From a virus (taxonomy: Duplodnaviria > Caudoviricetes): a stretch of DNA of 64,000 nt. The notes below the pieces were generated by a model. That model had not been told where the DNA came from. It worked only from the letters and a program-made list of their open reading frames with translations, and did no database searches. Where the stretch lies: positions 1-64,000 of IMG/VR virus record IMGVR_UViG_3300031867_000003; one strand, 5' to 3'. Every line of letters starts with the position of its first letter. Position 1 is the stretch's first letter. Of the stretch, positions 39,679 to 48,739 are shown piece by piece. The translations under genes and the position numbers were made by a program.

Positions 39679-39820
39679 CCCGAATAATCCGAGTGACCGC
39701 AGTAGAACCGGTGGCGGTATTCTTGTGCAACGTCTGGAGCTTGCTGAGGATGAACTCGCACATACGATTACCTCAGTAGCTAAGGATAATTGGGTGTTCG
39801 AAATATATGGAAAAGAATGA
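39632..39820 (+). CDS. TRD-like mini-protein with non-ATG (ATT/ATA) start
   Basis: AAGGAG RBS; ICASRGRNPNNPSDR..QRLE..AHTITSVAKDNWVFE. Confidence 0.6.
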   Translation: MIKLIKQIICASRGRNPNNPSDRSRTGGGILVQRLELAEDELAHTITSVAKDNWVFEIYGKE

Positions 39821-40016
39821 AAAGCTATTAGATTCTCGCTGTCTTGTGCCAAAACGTACCGAGTATGGTAAGCGTATACGCAAAGATTATGAGGCACATC
39901 GATTATATGAGCATCGTTCCAACATGATGATGTTACATCCTCGCACAGACGGATGCATAAATACATTAACAACAATACTAAAGGATAACTACATCCTGGA
40001 AATATATGAGAGATAG
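39807..40016 (+). CDS. TRD-like mini-protein
   Basis: RTEYGKRIRKDYE..PRTDGCINTLTTILKDNYILE. Confidence 0.75.
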   Translation: MEKNEKLLDSRCLVPKRTEYGKRIRKDYEAHRLYEHRSNMMMLHPRTDGCINTLTTILKDNYILEIYER

Positions 40017-40212
40017 TAATAAAGATAATGATAACAAACTAGTGCCGATTTGTCTCGGCGGAATCGGCGAAATTAATTATGGCAAGCAATATCGCCTCGG
40101 TAACCGTGTTTATGACAGCAGAAGTGTTGCCATGGCACACTGTGCTAATCCTGTCGGTAATCTCGGCGGTTATACATATTTATATTTAGTAGTAGAGGCT
40201 AATAATGAGTAA
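40006..40212 (+). CDS. TRD-like mini-protein
   Basis: LGGI..QYRLGNRVYDSRSVAMAHCANPVGNLGGYTYLYLV. Confidence 0.75.
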   Translation: MRDSNKDNDNKLVPICLGGIGEINYGKQYRLGNRVYDSRSVAMAHCANPVGNLGGYTYLYLVVEANNE

Positions 40213-40630
40213 ACCACTTTTTAAACTTGACAATCATTTATTATATTTTGATTATATATTGGAATACTTTGACTTATTTCATCCGATGTTTTACGTGTGC
40301 AGGGACGATAATGATGAACGTTTTTTGGTTTTGAGGATGGATTTATGTGAGAAGGAATCATACTTGATTACCGAAATCAGCCTAAACGATTTAAATAATA
40401 TGCTATTAGGGAATATCACTATAAGATCGGCATTTCTTGATCGATCATCATTCTACGAGGTTCACTGTTTAACGGAGAACTACTCAGATGACGTAGTAAC
40501 AAAACGTGAAATATCAGAATTCCCTATAGAATACTTACCGGGTAAAGATTATAAATATGTTCTATATGATGACGAGCATAGAGAGTATCAAAAACGAATT
40601 GCAAAAGAATTGGAGAAAACCAATAGTTAA
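40205..40630 (+). CDS. Unrelated hypothetical protein inside the TRD array
   Basis: 141-aa acidic ORF with no TRD motif. Confidence 0.7.
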   Translation: MSKPLFKLDNHLLYFDYILEYFDLFHPMFYVCRDDNDERFLVLRMDLCEKESYLITEISLNDLNNMLLGNITIRSAFLDRSSFYEVHCLTENYSDDVVTKREISEFPIEYLPGKDYKYVLYDDEHREYQKRIAKELEKTNS

Positions 40631-40632
40631 TT

Positions 40633-40854
40633 ATGCAAGAAATTGGACTAATATTTTTAGGAGGTCTCGAGAGTAGCCTGTGGCTAGATAACGGCAAGAG
40701 ACTATCTCGGAATTTCCGCCAAGGATACAGAGTATATGATAGCCGAGGATTAGCTAATACACTACCGAGTAGTAGCATTGGCGGTCTCGGCGGTAACAGT
40801 GGATTATATTTGGTAATTGAGGTAGATAATGAGTTCAGTAATAGCGGAAGATGA
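40633..40854 (+). CDS. TRD-like mini-protein
   Basis: LGGL..NFRQGYRVYDSRGLANTLPSSSIGGLGGNSGLYLV. Confidence 0.75.
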   Translation: MQEIGLIFLGGLESSLWLDNGKRLSRNFRQGYRVYDSRGLANTLPSSSIGGLGGNSGLYLVIEVDNEFSNSGR

Positions 40855-41055
40855 CCCTTTCAATATTATTAAAAATAACCGGTATGGGGGGGGAGATATA
40901 AGATGTTTTACGAAAAACATGGATATATTCCCGGAATTTTTCACCCATATAGTTTACAAGACACTTCGCAGATAGCTTGTACACTGTGTTGTGATTGCGG
41001 AGCGCCGGGACATGCAAGTAATATGATGGTGATAACTAAGGAAAGGATTGATTAA
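40829..41055 (+). pseudogene. TRD-like mini-gene frameshifted at G8 (40886-40893)
   Basis: NNRYGG then, in the shifted frame, RYKMFYEKHGYIPGIFHPY..IACTLCCDCGAPGHASNMMVI, ending 2 nt before the C-terminal MTase gene. Confidence 0.7.
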
Positions 41056-41057
41056 AT

Positions 41058-41348
41058 ATGAGTAGTGATAATATGACAGAAACAAAATACCGTTACAGAA
41101 TTCGCAAGCTTACGCCAAAGTGTTGTTGGCGTCTGATGGATATAGCCGGTCCAAATGATGAATACTTTAATCGGGCTGAACAAGTCAATTCGAATTCACA
41201 ATTGTACAAGCAGGCCGGCAACGGCATCGTCCGCTCAGTGCTGATGGGCATTTTCTCGCAGCTTGACATCGCCGGCATCCGCAAGTGGAATGACATGAGC
41301 GATGAAGAAATTAACCGTATGTTACATTATCAAGAAATTACCTCTTGA
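41058..41348 (+). CDS. C5-cytosine methyltransferase, C-terminal part (motifs IX-X)
   Basis: RIRKLTPKCCWRLM (IX), SQLYKQAGNGIV (X). Confidence 0.9.
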   Translation: MSSDNMTETKYRYRIRKLTPKCCWRLMDIAGPNDEYFNRAEQVNSNSQLYKQAGNGIVRSVLMGIFSQLDIAGIRKWNDMSDEEINRMLHYQEITS

Positions 41349-41397
41349 TTAATTATTAAATGTGTGGTAATGTATAGATAATCAATTAATTATTAAA
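41345..41397 (+). promoter_or_regulatory. Promoter with two TTAATTATTAAA boxes
   Basis: Boxes 41349-41360 and 41386-41397; TTGATT-17bp-TAATGT (TG-extended). Confidence 0.6.
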
Positions 41398-41410
41398 GGA
41401 GGCATCCCAC

Positions 41411-42227
41411 ATGGCAGAACCCGGAACCCTAACCCAGGAGCATGTACTCCAGTGGACGAATACGATGATGGATTTGTACACGGACAGACGACTGATGACG
41501 TTCGGACTATTCCGAGATTTGTTTAACCACATCGAGTGGTACTACTGTAAGTATCCGGACGGTACAGTGGTGAAACTGTCGGGGAACGTCCACGTAGCTA
41601 TTGATGAGTTTAATAAGCGGTCGCCGAATAGTACCGCAATATAAGGTGGTGATTATCATTAGCAAATATAGCGGGAAATGCGATCTATACGATGTTCTTG
41701 TAGATATCCGTGAAATCACTGACTTCTCTAAAGTAAAAATATACTCGGCTAACAATTCTATTATCCCGTTACGAATTGATTCTCAGAAAGATTTAATGCC
41801 GTACTACCCATATATAGTCGCAATAAGCGTTGGGGATAGTGACGGCACTCAAATTATCCACTTGAGTGATAAATCTTACGTTGACACCGAAGAAGAAGAA
41901 CATCTCATCTGGGATCTTGATACTCTTAAGCGGTATTATCGCCGCCAGAAGCGCAAACATCAGCCGTTTGATAGCGATGAAGCGCTGAAGAAAATAAGTT
42001 TTTTTGACGACCCTGCCGAGTACAAGAAAGAACTTGTTAATCGTGTCATAGAACTCGGCGAAAAAGCTACCATAGAAGATATACATATCCCATTCATGGA
42101 TACCATGAGACAGCGACTTTATGAAGATATGGTTGCTGCTGGATGGAATGACGATAGAGCTTATGAGTGGTGCTTCGGCTGGAAGAGATTGTGGGATAGG
42201 ACGAAAAACACCTTGTCCAAAAGCTAG
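41411..42227 (+). other. Two hypothetical genes (41411-41644; about 41601-42227)
   Basis: ORF track, GGAGG RBS. Confidence 0.7.
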
Positions 42228-42289
42228 GAAAACACTAGAAAATAAATTATTAAAAAATGCAATGAAAATTGAATTTTATTGGAAGATAT

Positions 42290-42478
42290 TAGGCTTCCTA
42301 CCGGGCGAGGTATTATCCCACGCCCAATAATCACGGATATTCCGCGAGGGATATTTCGTGCGGGTTATTTTGGCCCCGAAAGCTGAGGGAGTATATTTTG
42401 ATGATGGGTTATACACCGTTACGATGTATTCCGGAGAAATATATTACCACTCGGCAAAACCGATGTAAATTTTATACA
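42290..42478 (+). ncRNA. Candidate tracrRNA with anti-repeat (5' end approximate)
   Basis: ACCGATGTAAATTTT (42459-42473) pairs over 15 bp, with G-U, to repeat AGGATTTACATTGGT, plus 4 bp after a bulge; upstream hairpins. Confidence 0.65.
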
Positions 42479-42498
42479 GTGCCGAATGTGAATTTGAG

Positions 42499-43059
42499 GT
42501 TGTAGATGTGAGGATTTACATTGGTACAAAACCTTTGCCAATCGTTCTACGTCCGAATACTTGTTTTATAGATGTGAGGATTTACATTGGTACAAAATCT
42601 TAGCCATCAAAATCCCTCATTTGTAACTGTTTTGTAGATGTAAGGATTTACATTGGTACAAAACCTTATCTGGAAGATATGTCAGTGAAGGAAGTTTTGG
42701 AAATGTAAGGATTTACATAGGTACAAAACTTCAAGCCAGCTTGATTTAAGTTTACGCTTGTTTTGTAGATGTTAGAATTTATATTGGTACAAAACCCACC
42801 GGATCCGAACGATACTGATTGACATGTTTTGTAGGTGTAGGGATTTACATTGGTACAAAACTAGAGCCGACAAGGGGAATGCATAAGTTTCGTTTTGCAG
42901 GTGCAAGGATTTACATAGGTACAAAACCATAAAGACAAAGCCCGAAACGCCATCAACGTTTTGTAGGTGCAAGGATTTACATAGATACAAAAACTCGGCA
43001 GTTTCGAAGTTCTATAGACTTCTACTTTGGAAGTGTAAAGATTTATGTGGAGATATAAT
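42499..43059 (+). CRISPR. CRISPR array: 8 repeats plus a degenerate terminal repeat, 8 spacers of 29-30 nt
   Basis: Consensus GTTTTGTAGATGTAAGGATTTACATTGGTACAAAAC (36 nt); starts at 42499 (34 nt), 42563, 42629, 42694, 42760, 42826, 42892, 42958, degenerate 43024. Confidence 0.95.
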
Positions 43060-43061
43060 AA

Positions 43062-44408
43062 ATGATTACGAGAAAAATTCAGTTATATCCTATTGGAGAT
43101 GAAAAAGAAGTTGATAGAGTATACACATATTTAAGAGATAGCATTAAATCGCAGAATAAAGCGATGAATCAATATATGTCTAATCTGTATGTGGAAGAAT
43201 TATTAAATGCGTCCAAAGAAGATCGAAAAGAATTAAATGCATTATATACTAGAATTCCGACCAGTAAAAAAGGAAGCGCTTATAGTCTGGATTTGGAATT
43301 CCAAAAAGGACAGATGCTTGGTTATATAACCAGAGCAATAGATTCAGATTTTAAAAAATCACTAAAAGACGGGTTGATGTATGGGAAAGTATCTCTCCCG
43401 GTTTACTCAAATAGCAATCCGTTATTAGTTCATGTGAATTATTGCAATTTGCGTAGTAAGGTTCAAAAACAAACAGGCACTAACACTGGTATTTACCACA
43501 ACTACGAATCTCATCAGGAGTTTTTATCTCATTTGTATAAAACAGATATAGAAATATATCTTCAGTTCTGCAATAATATTTTGTTTAAATTAAATCTCGG
43601 TGATAGCCTCAGAAAATCTCGCGAAATCCGTTCAGTAATACAGAAAATATTTGAGGAAGAATATATTATCCACGGTTCGCAGATCCAGTTAAAGAAGAGG
43701 AAAACTGGCAAGGGCGAAGATATATTCTTACTGCTATCAATCGAAACTCCGGTTGTTAAGCATGAACTTGATGAAAATATTGTTGTCGGCGTAGATCTCG
43801 GCGTGGCAAATCCGGCAGTATGTGCAGTAAACATTAACGGCAATTATAAATTCCTGGGCGACGGAGAAACATTCCTTCATTATAAACAAAAATCCAAAGC
43901 CGAAAGACGCAGACTTCAGAGAGCTCTAAAGTATACAAATGGCGGTCACGGAAGAACCAAAAAACTGAAAGCACTCGATAGATTGAAAGAACGTGAGAGC
44001 AACTTTACTACAACGTATTCTCATAAGCTCTCAAAAGATGTTGTAGATTTTGCCATTGAACAGCATGCCAAATACATCAACCTCGAGGATTTAACCGGAA
44101 TAGATGACAAAGATGGTAAAAAACTTCTCGATTGTTGGAAATACTACGAACTTCAGCAGTTTATTATCTACAAAGCTACTCATCATGGCATAGTAGTCCG
44201 CTTTATTAATCCAAAATATACATCTCAGACTTGTTCCAAGTGCGGAAATCATGCCGAGGGGCAGCGTGACGGTCATAGTTTTACATGTAAAGATTGTGGC
44301 GAAGAGCTTGATGCCGATCTTAATGCAGCCAGAAACATTGCTATGTCAACAAATTTTGTTGAAAGAGGCAAGAAGAAAAAGAAAAAGAATAAAACCGATA
44401 ATAAATAA
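43062..44408 (+). CDS. cas12f: Cas12f-like (TnpB-superfamily) RNA-guided nuclease
   Basis: RuvC GVDLG, INLEDL, DADLNAARNIA all intact; GGHGR..K, TSQTCSKCG..CKDCG; 448 aa; abuts the array. Confidence 0.85.
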   Translation: MITRKIQLYPIGDEKEVDRVYTYLRDSIKSQNKAMNQYMSNLYVEELLNASKEDRKELNALYTRIPTSKKGSAYSLDLEFQKGQMLGYITRAIDSDFKKSLKDGLMYGKVSLPVYSNSNPLLVHVNYCNLRSKVQKQTGTNTGIYHNYESHQEFLSHLYKTDIEIYLQFCNNILFKLNLGDSLRKSREIRSVIQKIFEEEYIIHGSQIQLKKRKTGKGEDIFLLLSIETPVVKHELDENIVVGVDLGVANPAVCAVNINGNYKFLGDGETFLHYKQKSKAERRRLQRALKYTNGGHGRTKKLKALDRLKERESNFTTTYSHKLSKDVVDFAIEQHAKYINLEDLTGIDDKDGKKLLDCWKYYELQQFIIYKATHHGIVVRFINPKYTSQTCSKCGNHAEGQRDGHSFTCKDCGEELDADLNAARNIAMSTNFVERGKKKKKKNKTDNK

Positions 44409-44409
44409 T

Positions 44410-44546
44410 ATTTTGCCTGAGACGGCATTGTTACTACCGAAGAAATGAATTCGGTAGCTAATAACTGACCAATTAAGCGGTGGGTTGGGGTTAGCTCCGA
44501 AAGGTGATTATGTCCAAGGATGAAGTAACTACCGCATCTACTAAGA
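44410..44546 (+). ncRNA. Second scaffold-like RNA downstream of cas12f
   Basis: Hairpins TGCC/GGCA, CTACCGAA/TTCGGTAG, GCGGTGG/CTACCGC; CCGAAAGGTGA; GCATCTAC complementary to the repeat 5' half. Confidence 0.45.
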
Positions 44547-44570
44547 GATAAAATATAATAGTTGGAAGGA

Positions 44571-45668
44571 GTGATTACTATAGATATTGATGTTAGTGAA
44601 TTACGGGTGGGATAGGTTTATAGTTATAAAGAATTGTGTGAACTGATAGGTGCTGAGTATAAAAAAGGCGCTGGCAAAACTTATCAACTAGAAAAATTTG
44701 GAGAAACAGGATTTCAGAGATTTTTTAATTTTGAAAAAGTAGGACGAGGAAAGTATGAGGTTCTTGAAATCTATGATGAACCGCTCCCTATAGAAGATGA
44801 AAGACATAAAGGTAATAACAAAGTATACAAACATTACATAGAGCTGGTATTAATGAATTATCTGGCGAAGAAAGGTACTCACGTTGAAACATTTACTATG
44901 AGAGATCTGTGGCAGCTCCTCGGAATGATAAATGAAAAATATGGGAAAGTAGATAACGATAAACTACTTTCTATGAATAGCTGCATTACGTCATATGAAA
45001 TTAATAATTTCTATTTTAGGAGTGATAAAAAGTTACGTCAAATATTATTATCCGCACTTAAAAATTTGCGCAATAGAAGATTAATAGACTGGCAATTACA
45101 AACAGTTGTCTGTAAAGAGAAGAACGGCAAGGAAGAATGGTTTGTAGCTAATGATAGCGAAATAGAATTAATTCTTGATGCAGAATACGAGATACTTCAT
45201 CGAATGGGATTTACAAAAATGTTTCAGGTGATTTCTTCTTTTAAAACAAAAGAATTTTATACAGCCGTCGAGAATCTTTTATATAAGAAGAAAAAATGGA
45301 AAAATTATTATAAGCGATATAAAATTATATTCAACGCCAACAACATAAAAGAATCCGTTCCCGACGTCGAAGCAGAGCTAAAAAGAGCATTATTAAATGC
45401 AAAAATCATATTATACTTAAATAACGAAGCAGAAACGGCATATAATTCAAAACTAAAAGAATACAATGGCAATCTGGCGCATGAAGTTTACGTTCAAGGA
45501 AATATTATTGAAGCACTACATGCTTTCAAATATCCCGATGATTATGTAGTTGCTCAGAGGATGTTGTCAGATGAACTTATTAATACGCATGATTACTCGC
45601 CCGAAATTATTAATGAGTTACTTAATACAGAAGCGTCAGATAAAGAATTGGATATGATGTTTCCTTGA
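44571..45668 (+). CDS. Hypothetical basic protein with in-frame TAG at 44613 (possible DNA-binding/initiator protein)
   Basis: AAGGAG RBS at about 44566-44571; frame continues ELRVG*VYSYKELCELIG into the track ORF. Confidence 0.65.
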
Positions 45669-45680
45669 TGGAGAATTTTT

Positions 45681-45745
45681 TTACACAATTTATAATTTCA
45701 TACTATATAATTCCTTAGTATAGTATACCGTTTTAAATTGTGTAA
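45681..45745. repeat. AT-rich nested inverted repeat
   Basis: TTACACAATTTA/TAAATTGTGTAA enclosing TACTATA/TATAGTA. Confidence 0.7.
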
Positions 45746-45892
45746 TCGGAATTATATTACTGTCTACCTCAACAAAGCATTGTTTCGGTAGAAAAAATCT
45801 TAATTTATTAACTAGCCCGCATCGGCAAATACTTTTGTCGGTGCGGAAAATATAAACTAATAACCATATATATTCCCAAAGGAGGACACCTT

Positions 45893-47282
45893 ATGTACGC
45901 AGAATGCATCAATCCACCAAATGAACTATTTACTAGCGGAGAATTATACCAGTATTCACAACCTGGCGAAGATTACGAAGTCTACGTAAGCGACTACTAT
46001 ACGTTGCTGTTATCTGATGAACAATTTGATTATTACTTCCGACAAGTATAAGGAGATTTTGCCATGGAACGATTATCTGGCGAATACAATCGCGGTTTTA
46101 CACAAGGGATTCTCGCAGTTCAGGGCGTACTCAAATACATACAGCCAGATTTATCCCATCACCACAAACGACTAACTCCAAAGTTGATAGATGAATTATT
46201 AAAATGTTGTATAGATAACCGTGAAAATCTGCGAGAGAGTGTTAATGGCTTCATTAGATATAATGGTACTACTAAATCATTTGAGTTTTATGAGCCGAAT
46301 ACAAGGAGGTAATCACTATGAATGAATCAAAATTTGCTGTAGGAGACAAGGTTGTCCTCGGCTACCGTAGGGTTTTAAATCCTGCTATCGGCATAGTCAT
46401 CAGAGTTACCGATAAGCGGAAGGATGTGATCGTAGATTTTGACGGATTCCAACAAACATTTGATTGCTATGGTCGCAGTAAATCCGTTGACATATGGTAC
46501 AGTAGCTACATTGAGTTACTTACCCCGGCTATGGAACAAGACATCGAGGATAACTTGGTAATCGCCAAGTGTAAAAAGATGATGAAAGATACCACATTGA
46601 TCAATGCCGATCAGGCAGCCAGAATAATTGCAATTCTTGAGGAGGAATCCAATGAACATTGATATTATTAATAATAATGGTAACACTACCGACAAAGAAC
46701 TCCCCGACATCTATCCCCTTACCATAGTTCGCGATCGATATAATGGTACGTATTCCGGTGGTTATTTTACCGCATGGAATCTTTATCCCTGGGGTATTCC
46801 GGAGGAAGTTTTTGGCGATGATAATTCATGTTGGAGTTATTTCAGAACTACTCGTGATATATATGGATGCGGAGCCACTCCGGATGAGGCAATTGCGAAT
46901 TTAGCAAAAAGATTAAAGGAGAATATAGATGATGAGTAAGGATAATCACAAAGTAACCGCCACTTGGTCTGGGAATTACCCGTGTTTATGCATCGGTACC
47001 TGGACACTGACTATTGACGGTGTCGATTATACTGACCATATACCCCGGGAAATTGTTAATGAACCGATGTACACCTTCGGCACTTATACTGAGTGGTACT
47101 TTGATGACGAATGGCAAGAGCAATTTAATGACTACGAAGACGGTTTATCCTCTGTCGATTGGATCGCCGCTAATGATGAATGGCTGAGTACGATAACCGA
47201 TGATTATAACCTCAAATCCCAGATTTACTTCGCATTTAATAAGAACGATTTCCGCTATGGTAGTTGTGGCGGTTGTATATGA
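45893..47282 (+). other. Small hypothetical genes (stops at 46051, 46312, 46662, 46939, 47282)
   Basis: RBS-led, coupled ORFs. Confidence 0.75.
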
Positions 47283-47306
47283 TGAGATGATTAAGGAGAA
47301 TTCTCT

Positions 47307-47705
47307 ATGGTAAGAATTATTATTTGTGGTTCACGAGAGTTTAATGATTATGCCAAACTTTGCCGAGTAATGGATAATATCGGCATCCATGCTATTGCCA
47401 ATAACGATTATGTCGAAATTATCAGCGGTCATTGTCGGGGAGCAGATATCTGTGGCGAAAAATTTGCCACCACGTATGGCTATCCGCTCAAGGTGTTTAA
47501 AGCCGATTGGGAGACTTACGGTAAAGCTGCCGGACCGATCCGTAATCGCCAGATGGCCAAGTATGCCGCCCAGGCTGATGAGGGCGTTGTAGTTGCATTT
47601 CCGATTGGATCAAGCCGTGGAACTCGCCATATGGTAGACATTGCTAATCAGTATGGACTTGAGGTTTATGTAATTGAGGAGAACGATGATGTCGAAGCCG
47701 ATTGA
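47307..47705 (+). CDS. SLOG-superfamily (YspA/DUF2493-like) protein
   Basis: IIICGSREF, IISGHCRGAD, ADW..YGKAAGPIRN..M, SRGT.HM. Confidence 0.85.
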   Translation: MVRIIICGSREFNDYAKLCRVMDNIGIHAIANNDYVEIISGHCRGADICGEKFATTYGYPLKVFKADWETYGKAAGPIRNRQMAKYAAQADEGVVVAFPIGSSRGTRHMVDIANQYGLEVYVIEENDDVEAD

Positions 47706-48489
47706 AACAAGTGATAGCAAACCTAAATTTCTTTCATTAATAGACGAATTGGAAGAATCCGGCAAATTCCCAAGCTATGAACAGTTTTTGGAACTTTATG
47801 ATTGTGCTTATAATGAGGGATACAAGAGAGGGCACGATGATGGTTACAAGGTAGGGCTAGCCGTAGGAAAATATTCTAAGTGGCTGGAAGCACACGAAGA
47901 GGATAACCCTATGGACAATACGAAAAATCGCAACTGTCACTCGTGTAAGTATGATAATCAGTATAACGTACATTGGTCATGCTGCTTGTGTCGTGCCGGA
48001 AGTCAATGGGAGAGCGCCGATGAAGAACAGAATTAAACGATTTATTAAACAGTTGTTTTGTCACCATGAGTATCATATAATCCGTTGGCATTATACTCAT
48101 GGTCCGATAAATAATGATCCGCCGTTTATTGAAGGTCTCAAGATGTGTGCCGAATGCGGTAAAAGGAAGTATTTTTATTGTTCCCAAAGTAGTGAACTCG
48201 GAAAATATATTATGACTTGTCTGCAAGGACGACAGTGGTAAGGAGAATTAGTATGAAAATAAAGGTTAAAGATTTATTTGCGAATGTTCTATTACCGAAT
48301 GCTATTGTCCTATTACTCATTGAGGACGGCGGTTTTGTCGGTATATTTGAAGCAGGAAGTTATCCGGTACAATATGCGTGGTGGGAAGTAACCGGTGTAA
48401 CCAGCGATTACTTCGAAGGTGATGGACCGTTTGATGGATCGGTAGTTAAGGTATGGATTAAAGAATCTGATGATGATGAAGAAGGTTAA
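47674..48489 (+). other. Three small hypothetical genes (stops at 48036, 48241, 48489)
   Basis: ORF track. Confidence 0.65.
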
Positions 48490-48501
48490 TGGATAATAAT
48501 C

Positions 48502-48711
48502 TCGGCGGTAGACAAGCACAGAGTTACGTTAGTAACCTCAAAGTCGAGAAGACAATGTTAGCCTCGGGAAAGGGACACAGGGGCGAGACACCCCAGAGGG
48601 CATAGACTAAAAATTGTATTTGCGAATACCCCTCGAACTATGGTGCAACCCGGAAGAGGATGCGTGTGATTGAGGAGTGGGGATAAACCGATCCGACTGC
48701 ACACCCGCCGA
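48502..48711 (+). ncRNA. Candidate 210-nt GC-rich structured RNA upstream of the Thg1-like gene
   Basis: Closing stem TCGGCGG/CCGCCGA; hairpins TTAC-GTTA-GTAA, GGGG-CGAGACA-CCCC, GTATT-TGCG-AATAC. Confidence 0.6.
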
Positions 48712-48739
48712 ACCAGATAAATATAAAAGGAGAAGAGAT

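Noticed and set aside
38676-41055. Intron, intein or DGR explanation for the fragmented MTase middle
   Set aside because: No group I/II core, intein motifs, reverse transcriptase or template-repeat pair seen; the fragments are TRD-like ORFs
42772-42990. 72-aa minus-strand ORF with repeated LYLCKSLHLQN
   Set aside because: It is a translation of the CRISPR repeats
43062-44408. IS200/IS605 transposon interpretation of the TnpB-like gene
   Set aside because: No tnpA or clear transposon ends; the gene abuts a CRISPR array with an anti-repeat and resembles Cas12f
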